DNA of 64,000 nucleotides from Octopus bimaculoides (lineage: Eukaryota). Of this stretch, positions 1 to 13,298 are shown one piece after another (positions within the stretch are counted from its first letter, which is position 1; each line of letters opens with the position of its first letter). Position numbers and translations under genes: made by a program. Under the pieces are notes generated by a model. The model worked only from the letters and a program-made list of their open reading frames with translations, searched no databases and was not told where the DNA came from. The DNA lies in assembly GCF_001194135.2 (NCBI RefSeq), contig NC_068987.1, positions 46,141,808 to 46,205,807 of the forward strand, read 5' to 3'.

Positions 1-669
1 GATCCCTAGAGGAGTGGAAGAATGTTATTTCCTCAAACGAGTCATCCTTTACCTTATTTCCGACCATCAGATGAGTATACGTATGGAGACAGCCAAAAGA
101 AGCATTTGACCCATACTGCCTTCTTTCAACTGTTAAACATGGAGGAGGTTCTGTGATGATCTTGAGAGTGAGGCCTATATCTTGGAAATCCGTCGGCCCG
201 ATGGTTTCCCTTCATAACAGAATTAATAGTCAAGACTATTTAAGCATTTTATCTGATCAAATTCATGCTATGGTTGCGGATCTGTTTCTGGAGGGAAACG
301 CAATCTTTCAGGATGATAATGCACCAATTTACACAGTTAAAGTTGCTACTGAATGGCATGAGGAACATTCAAGTGAAGTTGAACATCTTATCTGGCCACC
401 ATAGTCCCCATATCTTAATATTATTGAACATTTATGGTGCATTTTAGAAAAACAAGTAAGGAGTCAATATCCCCCACCATCGTCACTACAAGAACTGGAG
501 ACTGTTTTAGCTGAAGAATGGACAAAAATTCCTTTGGAAGCAATTCAAACTTTGTACAAGTCCATAGCTCATAGAATACAAGCTGTAATTACTGCCAAAG
601 GTGGTCCTACCCCGTATCAAAATAAATTTGTTTGAAAATTTAAGGTGTTTCCATTATTTTGTGCAACCC

Positions 670-672
<3 letters not shown>
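1..672 (+). mobile_element. Tc1-like DNA transposon, 3' part with decayed DDE transposase and right TIR
   Basis: ORFs 153-404/265-447 give Tc1 motifs (IFQDDNAPIH..., WPP.SP.LNIIEHLW) with stops and frameshifts. TIR GTGTTTCCATTATTTTGTGCAACCCCTG at 645-672 is followed by TA and matches the TIRs of the copy at 28024-29279. Confidence 0.92.

Positions 673-746
<74 letters not shown>
673..746. repeat. (TA)n microsatellite
   Basis: Pure TA run directly after the Tc1 TIR. Confidence 0.98.
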
Positions 747-749
<3 letters not shown>

Positions 750-984
750 GTTGTTGTAAAGTGGGTTCTTCCCACTGGTGTGATGTGTGACTGCCGTTGT
801 ACTGTAGTTGCTATATTTTGCTAGTAGCCACAATAATAACTAGTCATTGGATATTGCCGTATCTCTTCATGCCAGAATAGTAATACACTAACTTCTGTCT
901 TACTATCGCTGATAGCTCCACAAGACACCAACTAGAACTGTCGGCTCTCAACCCTCCCTTGACAACTGGCTACTAGCTATTCCT

Positions 985-2245
985 AAGAATAACTGGCGGA
1001 TGATTGGATTCTTTGCTAAATAAGTTAGCTTATCATTAGGCTACGGTAAGGTTTGAATTTATTTAGCTGTAAATCTAAATTTATATCTAAGAAATCTACA
1101 CTTTTAAGGTTAGTATCTATCGTAATCTGTAAGCCCATCCTTTGGAAGAAAGCAATTAGATCTTTCCTAAGCTTATCTAATTCATGGCCGTTTAAATTAT
1201 GGGTGACTATAAGGCCGTCATTCCTATATAATCCTGCGTCTATAAACGGGAATTCTAGCTTTAGATTATACAAAATATAAGCTCCGATGAGCACACATAA
1301 CTCAGCCCCATTGTATGCCCCCATGGGTACATCGAAAAGAGAATTCTCACTCTTTTTGACCCAGGTGGAATCCTCGTAAAAAAGAAGTGATTTCCTCACA
1401 TATATGATAATATCTATTTCCGAGTTATCGATGTTGACATACTGCTTGGCGAAGTCTAATGCTTTTAGGAGCAAAGGCCTGGATATTGACGGGTTAAAGT
1501 CAACAATCTCAAACTGCGTAAATTTGTAGTTATGCTTATGGCTAATCCCTTTAAAGCAATCTATTACTGACTTGCTAGTTTTCCAAATCTGTAAACTTAA
1601 TTCACTATCTATCTAACTTAATTAAAATACGATCTGAATTATATTTGGTAATAATGCCTATTTCAATTTTAGCCGGATTAATCAATCTACGTTTAGGGTT
1701 TTTATTAAAATTAGCTTTATGGCCTTTTAGGGTAATAAAGGGTGGTGGGGGAGATATTCTATCCTATCGCTAATTTTAAGATTGTTAGCTATTCTTCTTG
1801 CCTCCAAATTTACCTCTGTATAAATTTGTGTTATCTTTTTTGTATGTATCTATGATGCTATTCGAAATTAGGCGCCTGTAAACGTCCTTATCAACCGCAT
1901 ATAAGTTTTTTGTCTTACCAGAGTTAACGAAGATCCTATTCGAGTTGTTAATTTCTCTAATTTTTTCCTTCATATCTCTCTGTAGTTGGTTACTGTATTT
2001 ACGGAATCTAATTTTTCTAATGAGTTCGGAAAGGTCTTTTTCGAAGGCTTCTAATTCCGGAATAGGTGGTGGGTTCCTGGAAGATTTAAGTCCGTATTTG
2101 TTTCCGTTAGTTTTCTGTTTAGTATCAAAGAAGAAGGCTTTCCATCTCAATCCTCGAATAAACTCTTCGTTTTTTCTATAAGACTTTTGAGATATTGTTT
2201 CTGTGCAGGGATAGAGAAAAATCCAATGGGTAAACTTCCATCTTT
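985..2245 (-). mobile_element. Penelope-like retroelement (Naiad/Chlamys-type) RT pseudogene, 3' truncated
   Basis: Minus-strand frames give IPAQKQYLKSLIEK..EFIRGLRWKAFFF, PFITLKGHKANFNKNPKRRLINPAK, FEIVDFNPSIS, VPMGAYNGAELCVLIG, GLYRNDGL, VDFLDINLDL and KPNDKLTYLAKESNHPP. These match the PLE RT motif series of this clade. Frameshifts are present and no GIY-YIG domain remains. Confidence 0.85.
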
Positions 2246-2408
2246 TTCAGCTGTTTCTGTTTCCTACTTGTGTAGAGACGCTCGAACTTTCTAAAAAAGG
2301 AGCGGGTTACACCGGAGTAAGCACATAAATGTGAAACAAAGTGGAAAAAAGAGTACTCAAATACCAGAGGTAGAGTAATGTGCTTTATTTAAAAGCAGCA
2401 GAAATATA

Positions 2409-2432
2409 CAGAGAGAGAGAGAGAGAGAGAGA
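2409..2432. repeat. (GA)n microsatellite
   Basis: Direct inspection. Confidence 0.9.
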
Positions 2433-2715
2433 CGTATTCATTTCTCAAATAACATCATTAGAATTTAATTGTTTAAGAGATTTTCCAAGTTGAAACCCAA
2501 AGGTACAGAATGTCTGTTCTTGGATATTGACGTTGTCAAAAGTACCTGCGAGGCGAGTGAATTTAATCAACAAGGAGAAGATTGGTCTAAGACTTTCTGA
2601 CAAATCATCTCCCCCATGGAAAAAAAAAACAAGAGTTTCTATAGAAAGAAACACCGCAAACTGTCAACTCTAACGCTCCTCGCAGACATTAAAAGACAAC
2701 AAGAAATACATTTGA

Positions 2716-2797
2716 AACGACGACAACAACAATAACAACAGCAATAACGATGAGAACAACAATCACTACGGTGATGACGACCACGACCACGACAGCA

Positions 2798-2862
<65 letters not shown>

Positions 2863-3075
2863 GACGACGACGACGACAGTAGAAGCACAAGAACGATAAA
2901 GACGAAAACGACAATAATAGCCACGGGCACAACAGTGATGAGCACAACATCCACAGCGACAACAACAACAACAACGATAACGACGAAGAGGACAATGACA
3001 TCAACAATGATAACAACAACAATAATGACGATAAGCACGAACTACAACCAAGGCAACAACAATGACAATAACAAG
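2716..3075. repeat. Compound trinucleotide array (ACG/ACA/ACT)n
   Basis: Long (ACT)n core flanked by ACA/ACG runs; explains spurious ORF 2639-3103. Confidence 0.92.
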
Positions 3076-3623
3076 AACACATTGTTGCCATAGAGAGAGA
3101 CAATTCCTCGTGAAGAAACGTTTGAATGTTGGTAAATCTTTTAATCGCCCATCCCTCGCATGGATTACAGATTCGGAAAATTAGATAAAAGTAATTGAAG
3201 CAGCGCTGAAAATGTTCCTATGAAGAAGTATGATTAAAAAAAAAAAATTATAGAAAAAAAATTTTAACTCTGGGTTGCAACGTGAACTAATACTCCTAAG
3301 TCCATGGTCCGCTCGGTACCAATGTAGCTTATGTACGAACGATCCTTCCAGAGTTCGGTATCAATTCAAAATTCAAAACGAAAATGCCTTCTCTTAGACA
3401 AGGAATGTTTTATTCGCTGCTTTCGCAGATTCCCATGACTCTCTGTTGCCATCCAATTCCATTATTATGAATTTGAATTGGAAGTTTGTGTCATTGTGAA
3501 TCTGTCATTAACTGATTATACAGCCATGGACACCAACCCTTGTGGATGCGTTGCAGTTACTCTCTTGATATAACTTGATTATCCTGACCACTGATCTTGT
3601 AAATTTCCTCCGCTCAGCATCAA

Positions 3624-4628
3624 TGTAAGAAGCATTGTTGACTCAGTTGAGTTCTTCTACTACCTCTTCACAACCTGCCGTGCACAATCACCTAGCAGGG
3701 TGGCTAAAAGGGTGTGTAGTGAAAAGCTTCTCTCTCCCTTTGTTATAAATACCTAAATGCGGACGTAGCAGATAACAGCTAGCCTTCGGCCGCATCTTTG
3801 GACCCTGTTGTGTCCACCACTCTGATTGGTTGGTATTGGCGTACTTATGTCACGTGGAACAGGTTTTTCTAAACCCCTGCTTAAGCCGATTTTTACTCTT
3901 AAATAGCTTGCCTGTCAGCACTAAAGTTTGTCTTCGGCCTTAGACCTTCTAAGGACTAGCCGCTGACCACAGAGCACCAGCCAGTTTCCAGCGACGACAT
4001 GACTCCGCTTCACTGGAGATCCAACACCACCATTCAACTAACCTCTTACTACAAGCTTCTTCATCGCCAACGTCTACATCGTCTCTCTACATACACTCTA
4101 CCAACAGCGTCCGCATAGGTCCACTCAATACTGTTGTGAAATATCTTCACCATGAATAACAGCCAGAATTCAACCAGCGAACTCCTGTACCAAGTAACCG
4201 GCCACAGCTAAGAAGGCTCAACTTCTTACACGACATGTGTCTTACTACGGCTCTGCCCACTCGACGCCATAACCTCTTGGTACAGGAACTCAACCTATTG
4301 TGTACCTTAGTTACGAACTGGTATTTCTAATCCATGTGTCTCGACTTTTAACGTCCTTGTTATAGACTGTTTTCTATGCTCTGTATCACTTACATTCACA
4401 TACACATGTTTTATTATGTCGCATACACACACTCACACAGACATTCTAGTTGACTACCAATAAACCTTATTTTTATACATCTTTACCGATTGAGTCTCTC
4501 TCTTTTCCTTGTTGGCACTTAACTCATTCCATCTATTTGTTTTTCTCTTATATTTGTGCCGACCGTGCGACGCGCTAAAAGGAGTCGTTCCTTCGTCACC
4601 ATCTCCTTGGTCGCACGGCCGTCTTACA
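3624..4628 (+). mobile_element. Probable solo LTR (~1005 bp)
   Basis: Begins TGTAAGA and ends TCTTACA (perfect 7-bp inverted termini, TG...CA). Internal TATA-like CTTAAATAG at ~3899 and AATAAA at ~4459. GC richer than flanks. No matching TSD. Confidence 0.65.
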
Positions 4629-4981
4629 GGTGCTATGCCATGTCAAAGGACAATCCGTAACTATGCAGGGAACGGTCGTAACTCCGTGAGGTATTTTCAA
4701 ATACCCGATTACTCATAAGGAATATTAAATATCCAAATATATTCTCCCAGCAATGAAACGCACACTGTGGCGATGGTTCTGCGTCGTTAGACGATGAGGA
4801 TTTAGATGTTCGATAAATTAAATACCTTGCTCCTTGAATAAACGTGTGTCTGTGTGTATGATACAAGGCTGTAGTTTTGAATTACAGGTACAATCCAGCC
4901 GACGGGCTTCTATGCAGTTTCCGTCTACCCAATTTCACTCAAGATATATGTCAACCAAAGGCTACAGAAAATGGCATTTAC

Positions 4982-5116
4982 TCATCACGACACGTCGTGA
5001 GATCAAACCCTGGATTTCATGCTCCTGAATCGATCTTCTGAACCATTTAGCTAGGTTCTGCCAATCAAACGCACATACTGCTAATAGAACAGGACTTATG
5101 TATTGATGCCACTTGA
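4982..5116 (-). CDS. Candidate 135-nt phase1-1 coding exon of unidentified host gene (VKWHQYISPVLLAVCAFDWQNLAKWFRRSIQEHEIQGLISRRVVM)
   Basis: Acceptor TATTTTACAG, donor GTAAAT, open frame, length a multiple of 3, non-repetitive. No homology recognised. Confidence 0.3.
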
Positions 5117-5269
5117 CTGTAAAATAGGGATCGTATTTCAGCTCTGTTAGTAAAATTCTACTTAACTTGAACATACACTATTAAATCTATTAAGGCGCTG
5201 TACGGTCACGGACACTAAAAACGTTGAAAGCTCTGAAGTCACAGATTCGTAAATTAGGGTTTAGACCAA

Positions 5270-5278
5270 TGTGTGTGT

Positions 5279-5328
<50 letters not shown>

Positions 5329-5343
5329 GTGCGTGTGTGTGTG
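5270..5343. repeat. (GT)n microsatellite
   Basis: Direct inspection. Confidence 0.95.
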
Positions 5344-5612
5344 TAAGCTCTCCCGTATTAAACAGATCAGGGTTCCGCAGGGCATTTTAGGCAAAGAAAG
5401 TGATCAGCTACGTGTTTTACAAATACAATCTGCAGGTGGAACAGCAAAAGTATGCAGGATATTTCTGACATTCGACATGTAACATTCACCGTTTTTGTTA
5501 TCCAAATTTTAGTGAGAGGGCTTTGTTTCATTCTCAGAAACCCACTAGAATGAATTTATATAAGAAGAAAAACAACACATATCTATACACCCATATATAC
5601 ATACACCCACAT

Positions 5613-6324
5613 ACATACATACATACATACATACATACATACACACAACCCGACGCACACATACATACATACATACATGCATACATACAAGCAAACCTTG
5701 TGTCCAAGAAGGAAAATATTGCTCCGACAGAAAACTATTGGTCCATAGCCTACCATAACANNNNNNNNNNNNNNNNNNNNNNNNNNNNNNNNNNNNNNNN
5801 NNNNNNNATAGCCTACCATAACATTATGTACAAATTGTACTCAAGCTGCCCAAATTAATTCCCCCAACACCATTGCGAGTCTAACGATATAGTTACTATT
5901 GAGCAGACAGGAGAAACAATAGGTGAAAGAGGAACGAACCGAACAATAAATAAAACTGCATTGTCTGAAGTAAGAAAACATTGCAGAAACCTTCTANNNN
6001 NNNNNNCATACATACATACATACATACATACATACACACAACCCGACGCACACATACATACATACATACATGCATACATACAAGCAAACCTTGTGTCCAA
6101 GAAGGAAAATATTGCTCCGACAGAAAACTATTGGTCCATAGCCTACCATAACATTATGTACAAATTGTACTCAAGCTGCCCAAATTAATTCCCCCAACAC
6201 CATTGCGAGTCTAACGATATAGTTACTATTGAGCAGACAGGAGAAACAATAGGTGAAAGAGGAACGAACCGAACAATAAATAAAACTGCATTGTCTGAAG
6301 TAAGAAAACATTGCAGAAACCTTC
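5613..6324. other. Near-identical tandem duplication across N gaps (probable assembly artefact)
   Basis: 6007-6324 repeats 5613-5760 plus 5808-5996 essentially verbatim, with breakpoints at N runs. Confidence 0.8.
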
Positions 6325-6470
6325 TAGTAGCATGGATTGATGACAAAAAAGGGCGTTTAATTCCTTTCCCAGTTCATTCTCCTGAAGTCACTACAGCTGG
6401 TAAAAGTTTCTGCTACCTTAGTGGCTGCCACCGAAAGGCTCATGAAGGTCTGGCTCACCACTTTCACATT
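6290..6470 (+). mobile_element. Possible highly decayed Tigger/pogo fragment
   Basis: LLVAWIDDKKGRLIP resembles the Tigger CENP-B region (LL..WI.DQ...RIP). Short and degenerate. Confidence 0.3.
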
Positions 6471-6598
6471 TATAACTCAAACTGGAACGATTGTCTCTGA
6501 TGTCAGTATTTCAACGAGAATATTCCAAGGAAACAATCNNNNNNNNNNNNNNNNNNNNNNNNNNNNNNNNNNNNNNNNNNNNNNNNNNNNNNNNNNNN

Positions 6599-6638
<40 letters not shown>

Positions 6639-7039
6639 TATATACATATATATATGTACATACTTACATATATATGCGTATACATATGCATTTATGGGTA
6701 CAAGACGTCATAAAATGTAAACATGAAATACGAAATACGGAAACATGGAATACGAAATCTTTTTGCGAACAAAGAAAGAAACAAATGGAAAGAAGACAAG
6801 TAACGTAAAGAACAACCCTTCATCAGTTGTCGCTTGTTTTATCTACTCCACATTTCGAGCAATTACGACAAGATGTGTCTTCGAGAAAACAGTTGCTCCC
6901 GCAAAGCAAAATAAAATTTAGGTTTTATGGAGAATCAAAGTTGGTAACAAAAACAGGACAGTGAAAACAAACGGCAAGGGCTGCTAAGCCATAACGAGGT
7001 GAGGTGGCGAACGCTGGAGGAACAAGCTTTGACAGGAGA

Positions 7040-7330
7040 AAAGATAGGAGAGGAGACAGACAAGAATGCGTCTGATCTGTGTGACAGATCAAAAGAAAAG
7101 AAAGAAGCTCAAGTTAGGAAAAGAAAGATGGCCGATGGTCACGTGTGAGCAACAAGAGAGTAAAGGAGGAAGAGTGAGAAAGAGAGAGGGACAGATAGAG
7201 AACGGTGAAGGAGAGAGGAAAAGAATTAGAGAAAGGATGAGAGAGAAAAAAACCAAAGGGGGAAAAGGGGAGATAAAAAGAATTAGAGAACGGAAGAGAG
7301 AGGAAACGAAAGGGGAGATGGAAAGAAAAC
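7040..7330. repeat. GA-rich low-complexity tract
   Basis: Purine-rich degenerate (GA/GGA/GAA) run; explains ORFs 7066-7398. Confidence 0.8.
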
Positions 7331-7370
7331 AATGCAAGATAGAGTCGCATTGGAATTACTAAGATAAACT

Positions 7371-7463
7371 TACTTGGAAATGGATGCGTGGTGTTCAATC
7401 ATATAATAATATTATATTATTATATTATTATATGACCGAACACCACGCATCCATTTCCAAGTA
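7371..7463. repeat. Foldback inverted repeat (~42-bp arms)
   Basis: TACTTGGAAATGGATGCGTGGTGTTC (7371-7396) and its exact reverse complement (7438-7463). After 2 mismatches the stem continues 14 bp into an AT-rich centre. Confidence 0.92.
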
Positions 7464-8499
7464 TACACACACACACACACGCACGCACACACACACACAT
7501 ACACACACACATAAAGATAAACATAGTAAAAAAGGGTCCGTAAGAAAACTCATTTAAATAAAAGGGTTGGGAACTACTGTCCTAGGGTATACAACAGCAT
7601 TATACACTAATATTAGCCATAAGCTTTTCGTAGATCATCTAAAAATCTATACCCGAAATATTTACAACACCGAAAAACAGCCGGATTTAATTGCATTTTC
7701 CACTAATGAGTTTCGCCGAAAGAAATATTCATAATTAACAATCGAACGCGGTTTGGGGAACTGAGTGTTAATGGTCTCTCTTTTTACTTTGTTATAGGTA
7801 TGGATGAAAATATTTCATGCAAATATTTTATACAACTTTTCTCAAAGAAATACTTCAAAATGAGATAAAGTCGATTTTAAAAACTCCTGATTATAAGCTC
7901 GCTGGGACCATTAGAGCTTATACTGGCTGTTATTAATTAGAAAGAAAGGGAATATTTATAATAATGGAATATCACTTCCTTTTATAAAATAACTACCTGT
8001 TTATACACTCTTTCTACAACTGTTAAGCAGTGTCTTGATAATAAATAATCGAAGGCAAAGCAATAAAAAAGCGTGAGCCTCGTAGACTTTTGGAAACAGA
8101 AAAATATAGATCGTTGATCTACGGTTGACTATCAGTTATGTGGTAATACTTATACAATGTATACAAGTAGCTAAACTGTTAACCATAAAAAAAAAACTGA
8201 ATGAAATACAAAATTGACAGCAAAATGTGAACCCTTGACAAAAAATACTGCTCATTCTCACATAGTAGCTATAAGTTGTCAGTGAGAAACTCCATCATTT
8301 GACGAGAAGAGAGTAACTGGCAGACAAATTGTTAACAAACTTTTCAGTGGAAATTAACCAGCAACATACGAAGAGATGCAGAGATAGTCGATAGAAATCA
8401 CACAGAATCCTGTCAGGAAGATTCATTCTACAGAAAAACCTTCACTGAAAAGTTTAATGAGGATACGGTGTGACTTGGAAAAAAACCCAAGAGGAATAT

Positions 8500-10030
8500 T
8501 TCTCTGTATTTCATCAAAACTGTATTAATGGCGATATTCTGAAAACTGTCAAAGTTAAACTTCAGGGTAAGAAAGCAGCAGAAGGAGATTCGATTGACAG
8601 CTCCATTGTACAAATAATGTAAGCTCTTCTATCGGAGGAGCTTATCAATTTTTACAAGTAAGCTATTAGTGTGGATATAATTTTACTAAACTAACTGGTA
8701 TTGACAAAAACATGTCTCAGGTACCAAAGAACAAGACCCCAAAATGGCAAGAAATTACCGACTAATTTTAAAACGAGCAAAAACTACAAGCCAGCCTAGT
8801 AACATAGCATCTTTACCAGTGGCCTATTTCCCTGATATTCACCGGGGAATGTTACAGGTACCTAAAGATTGAAGAAATATATCCTACCTTGGCGCTTGTA
8901 ACAAAGAACATGTAACAAGGGAATACTGCACCCAGATACAAGAAAATCGTAATGCCTAGGACTCTCTCTGTAAATCGTGATGCGTTCACTAGATCAGTAC
9001 ACATACCAGCATTAGGCTTTCCGATTGGATGCTGGATGAAATCCGAACTCTTGATGATAAACCCGAAAAATAATAACTACCATTAGAAATTTGCACACCA
9101 GATCTGTCTAAACAAAACAAGGAGACAGAGTTTTAACATCGATTCAAACAGGCTTTAAGTGCCTCATCGTATCTCTTCGACATCTGCTAATTGTCGCTTA
9201 TCGAAATGCATTTATGGACCAAGTTAACATTTATGAAGCAAATAACATTTTGAGAGTTGGAAAAGTTCTCCGGGGTATGTCACCTTGATTCATTATCAGA
9301 GTCATAGATCCAAGGAAGTCGCGTAGCTTGGGAACATTCGAACGTCATGTACGGTATAGTTTGTCTGGACCAACAATTCCAATTGACAATAACATGGCTA
9401 ACTGGAGTAACTTCTTGGATCAAGTACCATCCCCAGTAGAAAATGAAGCATGGCTAAGTTACATGAAAATTTCTAAGTGACACGAACATGGATAAATGGA
9501 ATAGTCCGTTATAACAGGTATCACTTTGAAGTATTTGCTTTTGCAATCCATGAACAGGAAATGACAACTAAATACCTGATCTATAAAAGGGACAAGAATT
9601 AACGTAAAATATTTATACATGACAACCGATGCAGATTTTGTAGGTTTAGGTGATACGACCCACATCATAAGTAGCTATCATCACAGTACAATGTGACTAT
9701 GAAGCATCATGGAGTAACCCAAACACTAAAACAATGTAATTTATAGAAAGGATAATCTTGAAGATCAAAATACAAGGAGTTACAGTGATGTAGAGGGAAT
9801 ACTCACCCATAATATGAAAGAATACTGGTGGATTGTTCTTGTGAAGACCTTTGTAAGATGTGGTATGCACAACAGACTAGACATAATGATCTGGGACAGA
9901 GAAAATAGAAAGTATGTGCAGTAGTAGAAATCAGTTGTTCAACAGAAGTTGATATAACGTTAAAGATGGGGCAAAGGAAAACTGCTATGCCAACCTATTG
10001 CAAAATGTGAAGATTCTGTACCTGAAATAT
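8500..10030 (+). mobile_element. Heavily decayed RLE-type (R4/Dong-like) LINE
   Basis: Broken frames read FAIHEQEMTTKYLIYKRD, DNRCRFC..THII (CCHC knuckle), KEYWW..LVKT, RLDIMIWDRE and AVVEISCS. The left boundary is approximate. Confidence 0.6.
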
Positions 10031-10094
10031 CCCTTCAACTACAGGGATAAGGCCTGAAATTTTTTAGGGTTTGGGTGGGTGACTAGTTTCGCCA

Positions 10095-11530
10095 ATTCTG
10101 AAGGATTCGTGAAGCTGTGAAAGGTTCAGCACCCATGCGATCTACAGTTATAACAAAGCGAACTGGGCCTATCCATAAAAGGGAAAAATTGCTACAAATT
10201 TGGGTTGAAGATCAGATCTAAAAACGAACACCGTCAAGTCTGTTTACTGTGCAGTCGAAGGCCAGAAGTCTCTAAAGAAGCGTTCCGGAGAAGAATACAG
10301 TCAAGAATCTTTAGCAAGTACTGACTGGTTCAAAAGATTTAAAGAAAAATTCCAACTTCATAACGTTTGAGCGACTGGAGAAGCGGCGAGTGCAGATGAG
10401 GAAGCAGCTGGTAAGTTTGTTAGCTATTTGAACGAAATAATTACGGATGAAAACTATCTTGCAGAACAGATTTTTAATGTGGATGAAACAGGAGTATTTT
10501 GGAAATGCATGCCAATACGAATTTACATCAACGAAGAAGCCAAATGCATGCCTGGATTTAAAGCATTTAAGGACAGGCTGACTCTACTGCTTGGCGGGAA
10601 CATTGCAGGGTTTACACTGAAAGCTTTCTTAATTTACCACTCAGAAAACTCGCGTGCGTTCAAGGATGTAGATAAGCACACATAACCCGTCTGCTTTTGT
10701 TCTCAGTTTAAAGCATGAATGACACGAGGAGTGTTTGAAGACTGGTTTCTGAATTGTTTTATTCCTGAAGTTCGTGGATATTGTTTGGAGAGAGGAATTC
10801 CTTTCAAGATTTTATTGCTTCTGGATAATGCGCCTGGACATCCATCTCATCTATCGCATCTTCATCTCGACGTGAAAGTGGAGTTTTTCGGTTGAACACG
10901 ACTCCACTCATCCAGCCAATGGATGAAGGTTCGATTGCTACACTGAAGACTAACTATCTTCGAACCACCTTCGCTCAAGCCATAGTCACCGACCAAAAAC
11001 TATCACTATGCGAGAATTTTGGAAAAAGTGCAATATTCTGACGTGTATCAAGAATATCGCTACCGCTTGGGAGGCTGTGACAAAGAAATGTATGAAAGGC
11101 GTCTGGAAAATTTGTGTTGGAAAACGCTTTGTTGACACTCTTGATGGATTTAACAGGAACATGAACTTGAAATGATCCGCGGGAAAATAGTAAAACTGAC
11201 TAAAGACCTTTCTTTGGAGTGTGAAGTTGAAGATATAGAAAATTTGCTAGACCAAGAATCCGAAGAACTTACAAATGAAGAGCTAACTGAATTGAAAAAA
11301 GAATACGTGGAAGAAAATAAGAGGTAAGTGGAGAAAGAAGAGGAGGTGCCAGAAAGGGGTTTCACTACAAAAGAATTATCAGAAGGTTTATTTCAACTGA
11401 ATAAACTTCTTTCATACTTTGAAGCAATGAACCCAAACATCGAACGATTTGCTAGGATTGAACGGATGGCACACGATGTGTTTCGTTAGTATCGTGAAAT
11501 TCATGAAGAGAAAAAGAAACAAATAATTCA
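10095..11530 (+). mobile_element. Tigger/pogo DNA transposon, decayed transposase
   Basis: KLLQIWVEDQI..R, QIFNVDETGVFWKCMP, FKDRLTLLLGGN, ILLLLDNAPGHP and TPLIQPMDEG motifs with stops and frameshifts. Confidence 0.9.
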
Positions 11531-11753
11531 GACAAAGCTTATCATTTTTATCATAAAAAAAAAAAAAAACAACTCCCGCAACTAGAACTGCTACCTCAGC
11601 AAACAGCATTGAGGAGCCACAGTCTACAATAAGTTTTTATGTAAGTTCTGCAACTGTTTCTTACACTACATTGTGTATTTCTTGTGTTTGCATTCTTTGA
11701 TACTTTTCTATGAACAAATAACACTGTTGTAGTATAATACAAAATGATGTGTG

Positions 11754-11756
<3 letters not shown>

Positions 11757-11833
<77 letters not shown>
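11757..11833. repeat. (TA)n microsatellite
   Basis: Direct inspection. Confidence 0.97.
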
Positions 11834-11837
<4 letters not shown>

Positions 11838-12511
11838 TACATATATGTATGCGTGTGTGTGTGTGTGTTAATGTGTATGTATATTAAAAAAATGGCAAAA
11901 GAAGAGGAGGAGTTACGCAATCAGTTTCATTACCTTATAACTAATTCTGCTATATGTAACTGCACACCTGGTGCTGAGTGTTAGTGCAGCATCTTATAGC
12001 TTCCTCAGAGCCATTTGTGTATATACTCGCATACACACACACACATATGCCATCTATGTATGTATACATACGTACACGTATGGAACAGGTAGCAAGTCGA
12101 TGCAGTTACATGTGATTAATAGTAAACTATAAGATAACAAAGCAACAACAACAAGAGTTTTAAATTTTTATAAAGGTGGTGTTTAATGAGGATTTATCTA
12201 CATCTTAGAATATGGCTCTACCCTAAGAGAATGCATGTCATCTTGCCAGAATAACAGAGAAGCGATATGTGCTCATCGCTGATATCCAATGTAATCAGAA
12301 AATAAATCACCTTTACAGCCTGCAGTGAATATCTTTAAAAACTAATGTTTTAAGTGAACTTGCCATTGCTGAGAAATGTATACCGCGCGAACAAAACAAC
12401 AGTTACAGGTCAGAATATATAAATATTGTCGCGAGAAAGTAACACTAATTGCGGTGTTTCAGTACAGATTAATATATAATATAACACACGTACTCAGGTC
12501 ATAGGTAGGCA

Positions 12512-12905
12512 AATGCACGCACGCACACGCACACACACACACACACACACAAGCACACACATATACTTACATACACACAGACATTTACACTCACTCGGGC
12601 GCAAACACAAACTCACACATACATCCACTCACACACTCACATATGCACGCACAGCACAAACAGACGCACACTCACACACGCACAAGCCCGCGCGCACACN
12701 NNNNNNNNNACCTTCCACTCACACACAAACACACACACACAGATACGCGGACACGTTCGCACACGCACACACACACACACACGTACTCTCGCGCACACAC
12801 ACACACACACACACACAATATAAAAATTCTCTCTCTCACACGGACAAACGGACACATGCATACACACATATGCAGACACACAGACACACGTGCATACACA
12901 AACTT

Positions 12906-12945
<40 letters not shown>

Positions 12946-12953
12946 ACACACAC
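12512..12953. repeat. Degenerate (CA)n tract
   Basis: Interrupted CA/CG dinucleotide run; explains His/Thr and Cys/Val ORFs. Confidence 0.92.
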
Positions 12954-13298
12954 GTTTCAAGGTTAAAGTTACGAAGAGTGCAAAGCACAATTCATTACCC
13001 TTAACCGCGAAAGAGAATTAGACGCGTGGAAATACATATTTAGTGTCTCTGCGGCAGTAAAGATAATTACCTCCACGTGTCTGACCGTCAATTTATCAAT
13101 TAACTAGTTTATCGATGAGAACAAAAGCAGACCCTACACCTAATGAAGAATAATGAACTTGAAAGTGCTTAAAGTTGACAGTTCATGGTTAAGCAATAAA
13201 TCTTAAATAAGCCTGGAAAACACCACCTTCGAAGGTTTAATCAAACAAACCTACGTCAGAACTTTCTAAGCCGGATACTTATTCTATCAGTCTCTTTC

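Noticed and set aside
752-984. TGTTGTAAAG-starting block resembling an LTR fragment
   Set aside because: No matching second terminus, TSD or internal signals; family cannot be supported.
5613-6324. Apparent ~380-bp tandem duplication
   Set aside because: The copies are essentially identical and break at N gaps, which is typical of overlapping contig ends; treated as an assembly artefact.
6786-6830. Hammerhead-like CTGATGA on the minus strand with helix I GACAA/TTGTC
   Set aside because: The conserved GAAA is absent (TTTA in its place) and stem II is weak; at best a dead relic.
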